Origin: Acidimicrobiia bacterium
Lineage (GTDB): Bacteria; Actinomycetota; Acidimicrobiia; Spongiisociales; UBA11373
Length of the DNA: 64,000 nt
NCBI GenBank assembly: GCA_041572755.1
Contig: JBFFRY010000002.1
Span: 3,901-67,900 of the forward strand
Direction: 5' to 3'
Made by a program: the position numbers and the translations under genes. Below are positions 27,609-38,735 of the stretch, one piece after another. The notes under the pieces were generated by a model. That model was not told where the DNA came from, did no database searches, and saw only the letters and a list, made by a program, of their open reading frames with translations. The first letter of the stretch is position 1, and the number at the start of each line of letters is the position of its first letter.

Positions 27609-27911
27609 CTATGCCTCCAATGCCTCGGTCACCCAGGCGATCAACTGGTGAAACGGCACCTCGTTGACCGCCGGATCGGCAATCAATATGTAATCCCGCT
27701 CGCCTCTCATCGGCGACCGGGCCGCCGCCTCTCGCAATCGGCGTTTGGCGCGGTTCCGAGCCACTGCGGTGCCCACCCGGCGACCGGCGATCACCGCGAG
27801 GCGCGGTGGACCGGGCACGCCGACGGCACTCACGACGACCACGCCACCGACCCGTCTTCGAGACCCGGCCCGGCGGACCCTTCGAAGATCGGAACGGTGG
27901 TGCAGCGACGT
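27609..27911 (-). CDS. rnpA: Ribonuclease P protein component RnpA. The 5' end is uncertain: the ORF-track ATG at 28037 lies inside rpmH, and the real start is probably a non-ATG codon near 27900-27940.
   Basis: [25 protein letters not shown] ... [15 protein letters not shown] matches the RnpA core (R/L-R-x-x-D-F ... NR.KRR.RE). The frame overlaps the rpmH 3' end. Confidence 0.7.
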   Translation of the reverse strand, partial: TSLHHRSDLRRVRRAGSRRRVGGVVVVSAVGVPGPPRLAVIAGRRVGTAVARNRAKRRLREAAARSPMRGERDYILIADPAVNEVPFHQLIAWVTEALEA

Positions 27912-27924
27912 GTAGGGCCGGCCT

Positions 27925-28059
27925 CTATGCAGAGAGACGGGCCCGACCCTTGGCGCGGCGCCGCTTGATGATCGCCCGGCCGGCGCGGGTGCGCATCCGA
28001 GCGCGAAAACCGTGCTTCCGCTTGCGGCGTCGAACATTCGGCTGATACGTGCGCTTCAT
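27925..28059 (-). CDS. rpmH: 50S ribosomal protein L34 (not in the ORF track; found by manual translation).
   Basis: [44 protein letters not shown] (44 aa). A near-exact match to the universal L34 sequence. Confidence 0.95.
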   Translation of the reverse strand: MKRTYQPNVRRRKRKHGFRARMRTRAGRAIIKRRRAKGRARLSA

Positions 28060-28520
28060 GAGAGTCCCGAGTAGGGAAGAGTACGCTGGCGCGACAGGTT
28101 ACGAACACCCGGAGAGCATGTCAAAGGTCGGAGGGTGGGTCGCGCCGTCATCCCAACCCGGATCGCGGAAAATGCATTTGACCCGCGAAACAATCCCTTC
28201 GGTGCTTTGGCGACTTCGTCGCCTTCTCAGCGACCGGGTCTGGCTCCCTTCTCGGGTCGATTCTCTTTGATTTTCAAGGGATTTCGCCCACTCGACCGGT
28301 CTGGGGTGCCACCGTGCAAGGTCGGATTTGTCGTTCTTGTGCGCCACTCGCCCTCTCCATAGACTCCGTCGTCGCCGGAGCTTCCGGCTGACTTCCCACA
28401 GAGACGGCAGGTCGGTGAGCAGCCGAAGTGGCGGCCCCCCCCGACCGTGGATCTTCTCCACAGATGTGGATAGGGCTGTGGAGAAGCGGGAGTGGTATCG
28501 GGAAGACGAGAGGCAGGGAC
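28060..28520. other. Candidate chromosomal replication origin (oriC) and dnaA promoter region: the rpmH-dnaA intergenic spacer with a DnaA-box cluster and an AT-rich patch.
   Basis: DnaA-box-like 9-mers: TTCCCACAG (28393-28401); palindromic arrangement TTCTCCACAG (28454-63) / ATGTGGATAG (28464-73, 8/9 to TTATCCACA on the complementary strand) / CTGTGGAGAA (28476-85). AT-rich stretch gattctctttgattttcaagggatttcg (~28258-28285). Confidence 0.55.
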
Positions 28521-29882
28521 GTGGAGGCGCACTCCGCCGCTGACAGCTGGGAGCGATTCAGGCAAGACCTCCGGGGCCGCGTCACCCCGATCACCTGGCA
28601 GACCTGGCTCGACGCACTCAAACCTCAAGCGGTAGACGCCGACGTCGTCCGCTTGCTGGCACCCAGTGAGTTTCACCTCCGCTGGGTCAACGACAAGTAC
28701 CGACCCGTCGTCGAGGATGCGGTGACTGCCGTGTTCGGTCCCAACGCCGAGTTGGTCATGGACGCCCGCCCCGAACCCATCTACACCCTGGAAGGTGCCG
28801 AGGAGGATTCCGGGCCCGACGCCTTCGTGCAAGAGCCGGATCCGGCGACCGACGGACGGCCCCGTCTTGCCCCCAAGTACACCTTCGAGAACTTCGTGGT
28901 GGGGCCCTCGAACCGCTTTGCCCACGCTGCGGCCATGGCCATCGCCGAGCATCCCGGGGGCCAGTACAACCCCCTGTTCGTGTATGGCGGCGCCGGCCTC
29001 GGCAAGACCCACCTCCTCCAGGCGGTCGGATTGCACAGCCGCGATCTCAATGCGCGCCTCGTCACTCGCTATGTGACATCTGAGCACTTCATCAACGACT
29101 TCATCGACGGTATCCGCCGCAAGCGCATGGACGAGTTCAAGGCCCGCTACCGGAGCGTCGACCTGTTCTTGTTGGATGACGTCCAATTTCTGGAAGGCAA
29201 GGAGCAGATCCTCGAGGAGTTCTTTCACACCTTCAACGCTCTCTACGAGACCGGCAAGCAGTTGGTCTTCTCGTCGGACCGGCCCCCGCGTGACCTCTCC
29301 ACGCTCGAAGACCGCATCAGAAGCCGCTTCGAATGGGGACTCACCACCGACATCCAGCCGCCGGACGTCGAAACCCGGTTGGCGATTCTTCGAAAGAACG
29401 CCGCCTTCGCTTCCCAGCCGGTACCCGAAGCCGTCCTGGAATTCATTGCCAATCGAGTCGTCGACAACATCCGCGAGCTCGAGGGTGCTCTCACCCGGGT
29501 CACGGCGTACGCGGCGTTGACCCATCAACCCATCGACCTCGACATGACTGCCGATGTCCTTCAAGACCTGGGACCGGAGCACACTTCGGCCCCCATCAGC
29601 ACGGGGCAGATCTTGGCCATGACGGCTTCTTCCTTTGGTTTCTCTATCGCAGACCTGGAGGGTCCGAGTCGGCGTCAGCCTCTCGCTCGAGCACGCCAGG
29701 TGGCGATGTACCTGTGCCGGGAACTCACCGATCTCTCTCTTCCCAAGATCGGCTCGCTCTTTGGCGGCCGCGACCACACGACGGCGCTCCACGGCATCAA
29801 CAACGTCAAGCGCCTGATTCAGACCGACCAGCAACTCTTCGATCAGGTCACCGCCCTGTTACAAAGCCTGAGGAATTCTTGA
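28521..29882 (+). CDS. dnaA: Chromosomal replication initiator DnaA. The start was re-assigned to the GTG at 28521 (VEAHSAADSWERFRQDL...); the ORF-track ATG at 28428 would translate through the DnaA-box cluster.
   Basis: AAA+ Walker A GGAGLGKTHLL, box VII/sensor motifs, C-terminal HTH DNA-binding domain (LTDLSLPKIGSLFGGRDHTTALHGI). RBS-like gaggcaggga before the GTG. Confidence 0.95.
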   Translation: MEAHSAADSWERFRQDLRGRVTPITWQTWLDALKPQAVDADVVRLLAPSEFHLRWVNDKYRPVVEDAVTAVFGPNAELVMDARPEPIYTLEGAEEDSGPDAFVQEPDPATDGRPRLAPKYTFENFVVGPSNRFAHAAAMAIAEHPGGQYNPLFVYGGAGLGKTHLLQAVGLHSRDLNARLVTRYVTSEHFINDFIDGIRRKRMDEFKARYRSVDLFLLDDVQFLEGKEQILEEFFHTFNALYETGKQLVFSSDRPPRDLSTLEDRIRSRFEWGLTTDIQPPDVETRLAILRKNAAFASQPVPEAVLEFIANRVVDNIRELEGALTRVTAYAALTHQPIDLDMTADVLQDLGPEHTSAPISTGQILAMTASSFGFSIADLEGPSRRQPLARARQVAMYLCRELTDLSLPKIGSLFGGRDHTTALHGINNVKRLIQTDQQLFDQVTALLQSLRNS

Positions 29883-30072
29883 AGCCTTTTCCCCAGCCCC
29901 TCCATCCCGTTGCACCCGCATGGGGAGAACTCGCGATTCGTCCTCAGCCGGTGTGCACGATCAATAGGGGCCTTAACCTGGGCTTTCGCAACGTTGCCCA
30001 CAATCCCCAACCCCTACGACTACAACTGTTCTTTGAATCCTTAGGAAAGAAACTCGTAGAAGGACAACAAAG

Positions 30073-31152
30073 GTGCGGATAAGAGCGGAGCGAGACGACC
30101 TCGCCGATGTCCTGGGTCGAGCGGGTCGTGCCATCGGGACCAGGTCGCCTTTGGCGATCGTTCAAGGACTGCTGCTCGAGGTGGAGGGGAAGACCCTCCG
30201 AGTGACGGGCACCGACCTGGACGTCACGATCAGAACGGAACTCGAGGTCGAGGTCATCAGGGAAGGACGAACTGTGATTCCCGCCCGCCTGGCGGGAGAG
30301 GCCGTTCGCAAACTCCCGCCGGGAGCGGTGGTGATCGAGGCTGGAGATGGCGAAGTCGAGATTGCAGGGGGAGGCCCGACCTTCCGGTTTCGTGAATTGC
30401 CCGTCGACGATTATCCGAAAGTTGCCGAACCGGATCTCGACGGGGCGATCGAGGTGGACGGGGAGGTCTTCGGGGATGCCCTGGTCCAGGTTGCCACCGC
30501 TGCCTCGACCGACGATGCCCGCCCCATCCTGACCGGCGTCTACTTCGAGAGCGAGGGAGGCAGCCTCCGCGTCGTGGCCACCGATTCCTACCGGCTGGCT
30601 GTTCGCGATCTCCCTCAGGTGGAAACCGACATTTCGGGGCTGGTTCCGGTCCGAGCGTTGCGTGAACTGCGGCGGACGATCGGGGCAGCGCGTCTCAAAG
30701 TTGCCATCGGAGCTCGGGAGGCAACCTTCCAATCAGAACGGGGAACATTGACGGCCCGATTGATCGAGGGCACGTTCCCCAACTATCGGCAGTTGATTCC
30801 GGAGGCCTATCCCAACCGGCTGACGATCGAGCGTGATGCGCTTCTCGAGGCGGTGGATCGCGCCGCTCTGGTGGCTGAGGATCACATCCCGATCCGTATG
30901 CGCGTGCAAGAAGGGGGCGTCGAGCTGAGCGTGACCCGGCAAGACGTCGGAGGCGAGACAGAGCACGTGACCGCCGATTATCAGGGCGAGGAGATGACTA
31001 TCGCCTTCAACTCGAGGTACTTGAACGATGGAGTCAGTGCGGTGGACTCCGACAACGTGGTACTCGACATGCTCGATCCTCTGAAGCCGGGGGTCATTCG
31101 GGGTGCGGGCGATGAGGACTTCCTCTATCTGCTGATGCCGGTCCGGCTCTGA
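30073..31152 (+). CDS. dnaN: DNA polymerase III beta sliding clamp; GTG start.
   Basis: Three-domain beta-clamp; MRIRAERDDLADVL..., LTGV.FE...L..VATDSYRLAV..., PLKPGVIR. 359 aa. Confidence 0.95.
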   Translation: MRIRAERDDLADVLGRAGRAIGTRSPLAIVQGLLLEVEGKTLRVTGTDLDVTIRTELEVEVIREGRTVIPARLAGEAVRKLPPGAVVIEAGDGEVEIAGGGPTFRFRELPVDDYPKVAEPDLDGAIEVDGEVFGDALVQVATAASTDDARPILTGVYFESEGGSLRVVATDSYRLAVRDLPQVETDISGLVPVRALRELRRTIGAARLKVAIGAREATFQSERGTLTARLIEGTFPNYRQLIPEAYPNRLTIERDALLEAVDRAALVAEDHIPIRMRVQEGGVELSVTRQDVGGETEHVTADYQGEEMTIAFNSRYLNDGVSAVDSDNVVLDMLDPLKPGVIRGAGDEDFLYLLMPVRL

Positions 31153-31159
31153 GCCGGCC

Positions 31160-32251
31160 GTGTATCTGGCCTGGCTCGACCTCAGGGACTTTCGGTGCCA
31201 CGAGTCGCTGGAGATCCGACCGGATCCGGCCGTCAACGTGTTCATCGGGAACAACGGCTCGGGCAAGACGAGCCTGTTGGAGGCCGTGGGCTACCTGGCC
31301 TCGCTGAAGTCGTTCCGGCGAGCTCCGGACGCTGCTTTGGTGCGGCAAGGGGCTGATGCGGCCGTGATCAGAGGTGAGTTCGGCGATGGTGAACGGACGA
31401 TTCGGGTCGAGATCGAGATTCCGGCCGAAGGACGGCGCCGTGTTCTCCTCAACGGCAAGAGACCCAAGAACCGGGCAGAAGTCGTTGCATCGATCCCCTT
31501 GGTCGCCTTTCTGCCCGACGATCTCGACCTCGTGAAGCGGGGCCCGGCCTATCGACGGGAGTACGTCGACGACGTTGCGGCCGCCCTGTGGCCCCAGGCC
31601 GGGGTCGAGCAACAGGAGTACGAGCGAGCCGTCAGACAGCGCAACGCGTTGCTTCGGCGCGAGGGGAGGCAGGCCGACCCGACCTCCCTGGACGTCTGGG
31701 ACGAGCGCCTGGTGCGGTTGGGGAGTGCAGTCGTCCGACGCCGGATTCGTTCGTTGGAACTGATTGGCAGCCGGCTCGAGGATCTCTATGCGGAGATGAC
31801 GGCCGTCGTCGAATCGTTCGCCTGGCGCTACGAGTCTGCTTCGGTGGGCGACGGCACGGGTTCCGTCGAACAGCGCCTCGCCGAGGCCGTGACCCTGGCC
31901 CGTTCCGTCGATGTGGAGCGGCGAGTCTCCACGGTCGGGCCCCATCGTGACGAGATAGGCTTTCACCTCTCCGGACGCGACGTGCGAACCAGAGCCAGCC
32001 AGGGGGAGCAGCGGGCGGTGGCGCTGAGTCTGCGGGTCGCCGCCTACGAAGTGCTGCGTCGCGAGCGCGGGGCAACGCCCCTGCTGGTCCTCGACGACGT
32101 CTTTTCCGAACTCGATGCCGAACGGAGTCGTCGCCTGGTCGGCAGGCTGCCGGACGGGCAGGTATTCGTCAGTTCGGCTCGCGAGGATGAAGTGCCGGTG
32201 AGGGGGATGCGCTGGACGGTGTCGGCGGGAGGAATCGATCGGCGTGAGTGA
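31160..32251 (+). CDS. recF: DNA replication/repair protein RecF; GTG start.
   Basis: L..L.L.DFRCHESL (RecF start), Walker A GNNGSGKTSLLEAV, SGEQRAVALSLR signature, LLVLDDVFSELD. Confidence 0.95.
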   Translation: MYLAWLDLRDFRCHESLEIRPDPAVNVFIGNNGSGKTSLLEAVGYLASLKSFRRAPDAALVRQGADAAVIRGEFGDGERTIRVEIEIPAEGRRRVLLNGKRPKNRAEVVASIPLVAFLPDDLDLVKRGPAYRREYVDDVAAALWPQAGVEQQEYERAVRQRNALLRREGRQADPTSLDVWDERLVRLGSAVVRRRIRSLELIGSRLEDLYAEMTAVVESFAWRYESASVGDGTGSVEQRLAEAVTLARSVDVERRVSTVGPHRDEIGFHLSGRDVRTRASQGEQRAVALSLRVAAYEVLRRERGATPLLVLDDVFSELDAERSRRLVGRLPDGQVFVSSAREDEVPVRGMRWTVSAGGIDRRE

Positions 32252-32552
32252 TCTCGAACACGTCGGTATGGGCCTCGATGGTCTGCTGCGGCGACTGGGC
32301 ATGCCCGACGCCGTGGACCTGGAGCGGCTCGTCAAGGACTGGGTGGAATTGGCCGGGGACCCGTGGGCCGACACGGCCACCCCGGTGGGCTGGCGGGACG
32401 GCGTCTTGGTGGTAGAAGTCGGTGACGGCACCACGGCGACCTTGCTCCGTTACGAGGCGGAGGCACTCATGAAGCGCCTGACAAAGGGTCTCGGGGGAGC
32501 GCTGGTCACAGCGATTCGCATCCGGGTGGCTCGCGGCAAAAAGGGCCTCTGA
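32244..32552 (+). CDS. dciA: DUF721 / DciA-like protein (homolog of the Rv0004 position between recF and gyrB); GTG start overlapping the recF end by 8 nt.
   Basis: 102 aa. The DWVELAGDPWADTATPVGWRDGVLVVEVGDGTTATLLRYEAEALMKRL pattern is typical of DUF721 (W..vvG..la.ht.P..l.dGvL.v.v.ssaWa.eLr...). Confidence 0.75.
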   Translation: MSDLEHVGMGLDGLLRRLGMPDAVDLERLVKDWVELAGDPWADTATPVGWRDGVLVVEVGDGTTATLLRYEAEALMKRLTKGLGGALVTAIRIRVARGKKGL

Positions 32553-32642
32553 CCTGGGGAAATGCCCCGACGAAGTCATCGTCTTAGGTCCTCCGGCGGC
32601 TATACTTACAGAGGTGTCACCCGGGGACCGTATCGTTCCTGA

Positions 32643-34598
<1,956 letters not shown>

Positions 34599-34608
34599 GA
34601 GGGGACAC

Positions 34609-37050
34609 ATGGCAGACGAGCCATCCGGAGAGGGCAGGGTCGAACTGATCGACATCGAGGCGGAGGTCAAGACCTCCTTCCTCGAGTACGCGATGTCGGT
34701 GATCGTGGCCCGGGCGCTGCCCGACGTGAGGGACGGTTTGAAGCCGGTACACCGCCGGATCCTCTTTGCGATGCACGACGCCGGCATCAGACCGGGTACC
34801 CCGTTCCGCAAGAGCGCCCGGGTGGTCGGCGACGTGATGGGATGGTTCCACCCGCACAGCAACGATGCCATCTACGACGCCCTGGTCCGGTTGGGTCAGG
34901 ACTTCGCCAGTCGCTACCCCCTCATCGAACCGCAGGGGAACTTCGGAACCGTCGACGACCCGCCGGCGGCCATGCGCTACACCGAGTGCCGTCTGGAGAA
35001 ACTGGCGGTCAACCTGCTCGATGGCCTGGACGAGGACACGGTCGACTACGAGGACAACTACAGCGGCGAGCGCCAAGAGCCGGTCGTCTTGCCGGCCCGC
35101 TTCCCGAACCTGCTCGCCAACGGCTCCACGGGCATCGCCGTCGGCATGGCCACCAATATCCCTCCCCACAACCTCGGTGAGGTGATCGAAGCCGCCCTCC
35201 ACATGATCGACAACCCCGACTGCAAGATCGAAGACCTCCTCGACTTCGTGAAGGGGCCCGATTTCCCGACCGGGGCCTACATCGTTGGAAACAAGGGCGT
35301 CAAGGATGCGCTCCAGACGGGCCGGGGCTCCGTGAAGATGCGAGCGGTCACCGAGATCGTCGAGGTCCGCAAGGGTAGAACGGCGATCGTGGTCACCGAG
35401 ATCCCGTATCAGGTGTCGCGCGACCGCATCATGGAGAAGATCGCCACGCTGGTACGCGAGAAGAAGCTCGACGGAATCGCAGACCTGCGCGACGAGAGCG
35501 ATCGCTCCGGCACCAGGCTGGTGATCGAGCTGAAGCGGGATGCGGTGCCGCAGATCGTGCTCAACCAGCTCTACAAGAACACCCAGCTGCAGGAGACGTT
35601 CGGCGTCAACATGGTCGCTCTGGTCGATGGGGTCCCCCGGACCCTCAATATCGCCGAGATGATCGGGCACTACATCGATCACCAGATGGAGGTGATCGAG
35701 CGACGCACCCGATTCCGGCTCGAGAAGGCGGAGGCCCGGGTCCACATCGTCGACGGCTTGATCATCGCGTTGGACAACATCGACGAGGTGGTGGAGATCA
35801 TCCGGTCCAGCGAGGACGTCGAAGCGGCGCGCGGTGCCCTGATGGAGCGCTTCGAGCTCTCCGAGGTCCAGGCGACCCACATCCTCGACATGCCGCTGCG
35901 GCGGCTCACCGCCCTCGAGACGTCCAAGCTCCGCGAGGAGCAGGCCGAGTTGGCCAAGCTCATCAAGCACCTCAAGTCGCTGCTGCGGAGTCCGGCAAAA
36001 CGGCGGGCGCTGATCGGAAGCGAGCTCAAGGAGATCAAGAAGCAGTACGCCGACCCCCGACGGAGCAGGATCATCCCCGACGACGGGGATCTCTCCCTCG
36101 AGGACTTGATCGCCGATGAGGAGCTCGTCGTCACGGTGACGGCTAACGGGTACTTGAAGTCGGTGAGTGCGGCGTCATACCGGCGCCAGGGGCGGGGAGG
36201 CCGCGGGGTGAAGGGGGCCGCCCTCCGCGAGGACGACGTGATCTCCCGGGTGCTGTTCACCACGGCGCATGCCTATCTCCTCTTCTTCACCAACCGGGGG
36301 AAGGTCTATCGGATCAAGGCACACGAGTTGCCGCGCAAGGACCGAACCGCCAAGGGGGTTCTGGCCCAGTCGGTGCTTCCTCTGGCCCCCGACGAGGCCA
36401 TAGAGGCGGTGGTGGACACCCGCGACTACGAGACGAGCAACTATCTCGTCATGGTGACCCGCAACGGGCAGGTCAAGAAGACCAAGATGTCCGACTACGA
36501 CTCCCGTCAGTCGGCCCTGATCGCCATCAGACTCCAGAAGGGTGACGAGTTGGTGGCGGTCCGCACGACCTCCGGGAAGAAGGACCTCATGATCTTCACG
36601 AACCAGGGTCAGGGGATCCGGTTCAAGGAGAGCGAGATCCGCCCGATGGGGCGGGACACGATGGGGGTCCGGGGGATGAGGCTCCGCGAGGGCGATTTCG
36701 TCGTGTCTGCAGCATCGAGCCAGGACGCCAGTGAGGTGATCCTCCTCACGTCCGGCGGGTATGGGAAGAGGACCAAGATCACCGATTTCCCGCTCCAGAA
36801 GAGGGGAGGTCTCGGCGTCAAGGCGATCAAGCTGACCAGGGTCCGCGGCAGCCTGGTGGCGGCCCGCAGCGTTCCGTCGGGGTCGGAGATCTTCGTGACC
36901 TCGACCGACGGAGTGGTGATTCGGATGGAGACCGACCCGATCAGCCGCCAGAGGCGTGACGCCAGCGGGGTCAAGGTGATGAATCTCGGCGAGGGGGCGT
37001 CGGTGTCGGCGTTCGATCTGGTACCCCAGGAGAACGGCGAGGAAACGTAA
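34609..37050 (+). CDS. gyrA: DNA gyrase subunit A. The start was re-assigned to the ATG at 34609 ([20 protein letters not shown]...), preceded by the RBS gagagggga. The ORF-track start 34573 lies inside the gyrB end.
   Basis: Catalytic Tyr region (AMRYTE), [20 protein letters not shown], GyrA-box-containing C-terminal beta-pinwheel repeats. Confidence 0.95.
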   Translation: MADEPSGEGRVELIDIEAEVKTSFLEYAMSVIVARALPDVRDGLKPVHRRILFAMHDAGIRPGTPFRKSARVVGDVMGWFHPHSNDAIYDALVRLGQDFASRYPLIEPQGNFGTVDDPPAAMRYTECRLEKLAVNLLDGLDEDTVDYEDNYSGERQEPVVLPARFPNLLANGSTGIAVGMATNIPPHNLGEVIEAALHMIDNPDCKIEDLLDFVKGPDFPTGAYIVGNKGVKDALQTGRGSVKMRAVTEIVEVRKGRTAIVVTEIPYQVSRDRIMEKIATLVREKKLDGIADLRDESDRSGTRLVIELKRDAVPQIVLNQLYKNTQLQETFGVNMVALVDGVPRTLNIAEMIGHYIDHQMEVIERRTRFRLEKAEARVHIVDGLIIALDNIDEVVEIIRSSEDVEAARGALMERFELSEVQATHILDMPLRRLTALETSKLREEQAELAKLIKHLKSLLRSPAKRRALIGSELKEIKKQYADPRRSRIIPDDGDLSLEDLIADEELVVTVTANGYLKSVSAASYRRQGRGGRGVKGAALREDDVISRVLFTTAHAYLLFFTNRGKVYRIKAHELPRKDRTAKGVLAQSVLPLAPDEAIEAVVDTRDYETSNYLVMVTRNGQVKKTKMSDYDSRQSALIAIRLQKGDELVAVRTTSGKKDLMIFTNQGQGIRFKESEIRPMGRDTMGVRGMRLREGDFVVSAASSQDASEVILLTSGGYGKRTKITDFPLQKRGGLGVKAIKLTRVRGSLVAARSVPSGSEIFVTSTDGVVIRMETDPISRQRRDASGVKVMNLGEGASVSAFDLVPQENGEET

Positions 37051-37108
37051 CCGGATCCGGAAGGTCACCGGTACACTACCCAGCGTTGTTGGTCGGCCCG
37101 GGAGGGTC

Positions 37109-37627
37109 ATGCCGGTACATCGAGTCCGGAGGGTGATTCGCAAGATCGACCCGTGGACGGTGCTCAAGGTCTCCCTTGTCTTCAACGCCATCATGGCGTT
37201 GGTGTTCGTGCTGGGCACCGTCATCTTCTGGTCGGTCTTCGTGAACGCCGGCATTCCCGACCGCATCAACGAGTTGGCCCTCCTCGTGGGCCTCGAGAAT
37301 GGGATCACCCTCGACGGGCCGGTCTATTTCCGGATGGTCGTATTGCTGGCGGTGATCGGCACGATCCTCATGACGGGCTTCTTCACTCTCGGTGCGGTGA
37401 TCTACAACCTCATCTCCGACCTGGTCGGTGGGATCGAGGTGGTGGTGCTGGAGGAGACCGCCGCAGTGCCGAGTGCGAGCCGACCCGGAGCCCCGCCGGC
37501 GACGGGCAAGACCTCTGAGGCCCCTAGCCGGGTGAGGCCGCTCCCAACCGTGAAGCCGATGATTCGGGCCACGAGTGCCAAGCCTCCGAGCGAGGGGGAG
37601 ACGGCGGTCAAACAGACTGGCAGCTAG
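37109..37627 (+). CDS. DUF3566 family transmembrane protein (the Rv0007 position downstream of gyrA).
   Basis: IDPWTVLKVSLVFNAIMALVFVLGTVIFW and a second TM, followed by a P/S/T-rich tail. Conserved synteny after gyrA in Actinobacteria. Confidence 0.7.
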   Translation: MPVHRVRRVIRKIDPWTVLKVSLVFNAIMALVFVLGTVIFWSVFVNAGIPDRINELALLVGLENGITLDGPVYFRMVVLLAVIGTILMTGFFTLGAVIYNLISDLVGGIEVVVLEETAAVPSASRPGAPPATGKTSEAPSRVRPLPTVKPMIRATSAKPPSEGETAVKQTGS

Positions 37628-38376
37628 CCGGAGCCCGAGTAGCCGGCCACCCCGAGACCGATCCTCACTGCTGCGGCGAGGTACGCCGATGCCGCGTCGG
37701 CCGGTTCGGCAACACCCGGTGGGTAGTGGTCCCCGACCACGGCCAGGGCACCGGCGGCGAGAGCGATCGCCGCCAGGTGTGATCCGTGATCGGCGACCCC
37801 GAGAATCAACTCCGAGCCGCCTTCGGTGATGCGCGCCAGGGCCCCCGCCCATGGTGGGGGTGCCGGGGCGATGAGACGGGTGACGGCACCTCCCCGGCGT
37901 GTCCGGCGACGCTTGTGTGCCCACCGGGGTCCCACGGGATCGGGGAACGGCACTGCGGTGCCGCGCCGCAGGGGGCGTCCTTCGGTGGTCCAGGCCACGA
38001 CCACCGAGGAAGCTGTCGTGGCGCGGGCACTTTCGTGGGCGGCCAGGGTTGCAGCGATACCCATGGCGAGATCGGCCGGCGCCAGGAGCGTCGTCCCGGC
38101 GGCCGCAAACCGGCGTCCCAGCGACCGGCCTCGAGGTCGGTTGGCCGTGACGCAGTGGAGACCGGATTCGGCGGCGAGCATTGCCGGGGACCCCGGCGAA
38201 GGGTCGTCGGACACGAAGACGTCGAAGCCGGCCAGTGAATCGATGGCCATCGTGCGACGGTCTTCGGTCCTCCCGGTCTGCCCGTAGAGGCCGAGGGCGG
38301 TGAGGTCCGGTTCGGCGAGCAGGATCCGCCCGGCCCGGGTTCCGACTTCACCGGTGGCGTGGAGAGCGACTCGCAC
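37624..38376 (-). CDS. Hypothetical protein (~250 aa), possibly Rossmann / DapB-like. A GTG start at 38376 is assumed; the upstream 200 aa of the ORF-track model (to 38967) look like a shadow frame that overlaps the riboswitch and btuF-like gene.
   Basis: VRVALHATGEVGTRAGRILL (GxxG-type dinucleotide loop) and FDVFVSDDPSPGSPAMLAAESGLHCVTANR, reminiscent of the DapB N-domain layout. Weak; no firm family call. Confidence 0.35.
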   Translation of the reverse strand: MRVALHATGEVGTRAGRILLAEPDLTALGLYGQTGRTEDRRTMAIDSLAGFDVFVSDDPSPGSPAMLAAESGLHCVTANRPRGRSLGRRFAAAGTTLLAPADLAMGIAATLAAHESARATTASSVVVAWTTEGRPLRRGTAVPFPDPVGPRWAHKRRRTRRGGAVTRLIAPAPPPWAGALARITEGGSELILGVADHGSHLAAIALAAGALAVVGDHYPPGVAEPADAASAYLAAAVRIGLGVAGYSGSG

Positions 38377-38378
38377 GC

Positions 38379-38495
38379 TCAGTCGATCGGCTGCCAGGAG
38401 CCGGCACGGTCGGGGGTCCGCACCGCCCGGCGGCGCAGGAGCATCATCCCGGTGAGGGTCACGGCGACGGCGACGAAGATACGCCGGAGGGTCAT
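38379..38495 (-). CDS. Small ORF (38 aa) with a signal-peptide-like hydrophobic core: MTLRRIFVAVAVTLTGMMLLRRRAVRTPDRAGSWQPID. It stops 2 nt before the GTG of the downstream hypothetical gene.
   Basis: Found by manual translation (below the 60-aa ORF-track cutoff). ATG at 38495..38493, TGA at 38381..38379. Confidence 0.3.
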   Translation of the reverse strand: MTLRRIFVAVAVTLTGMMLLRRRAVRTPDRAGSWQPID

Positions 38496-38539
38496 GGCGA
38501 CATCCTAGGGCGACCCATAGGGGGCCTATCATGAGGGGG

Positions 38540-38735
38540 CCCGGTACTCGTGGCCGGGTGGCTCGGTGGTTCCCACCGAGGGAGGCAAGAGCGAAGCCGG
38601 TTCGAATCCGGCGCTGTCCCGCAACTGTGAAGCCCCTGCGGGGGACAAGCCAGGTCGCCTGCCACCGGGCCGGAAGGACGCTCTCGGAGGAAGGGTGGCC
38701 GCTCCGGCGGAGGCCCCTCCTCCCCGACACAGAGA
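38540..38735 (+). promoter_or_regulatory. Cobalamin (AdoCbl) riboswitch in the 5' leader of the btuF-like ABC importer operon.
   Basis: Core GGTGGTTCCCACCGAGGGAGGCAAGAGCGAAGCCGGTTCGAATCCGGCGCTGTCCCGCAACTGTGAAGCCCC matches the cobalamin riboswitch consensus (...GGGAAG.C.GGTG.GAATCC..GCG.TCCCGCCACTGT.A..., B12-box GCCACTG here GCAACTG). Downstream CCGG/GG pairing segments precede the ATG at 38744. Confidence 0.85.

Noticed and set aside
28428-28520. ORF-track N-terminal extensions: dnaA ATG at 28428; also SBP 38531, FecCD permease 39481, parB 24225, ABC-2 permease 12056, VIT 42334, beta-propeller 47539, thiolase 62261, gyrA 34573, sulfotransferase 53791/51144.
   Set aside because: The extensions run through a DnaA-box cluster, a riboswitch, or the preceding gene; are compositionally junk; and better RBS-supported internal ATG/GTG starts give canonical N-termini.
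37628-37700. tRNA-Ile / tRNA-Ala genes expected after the DUF3566 gene, by analogy with Mycobacterium (Rv0007 then tRNAs).
   Set aside because: The region is coding for the C-terminus of the - strand hypothetical gene and has no cloverleaf-forming sequence. The tRNA-Ile of this window lies at 60790-60864 instead.
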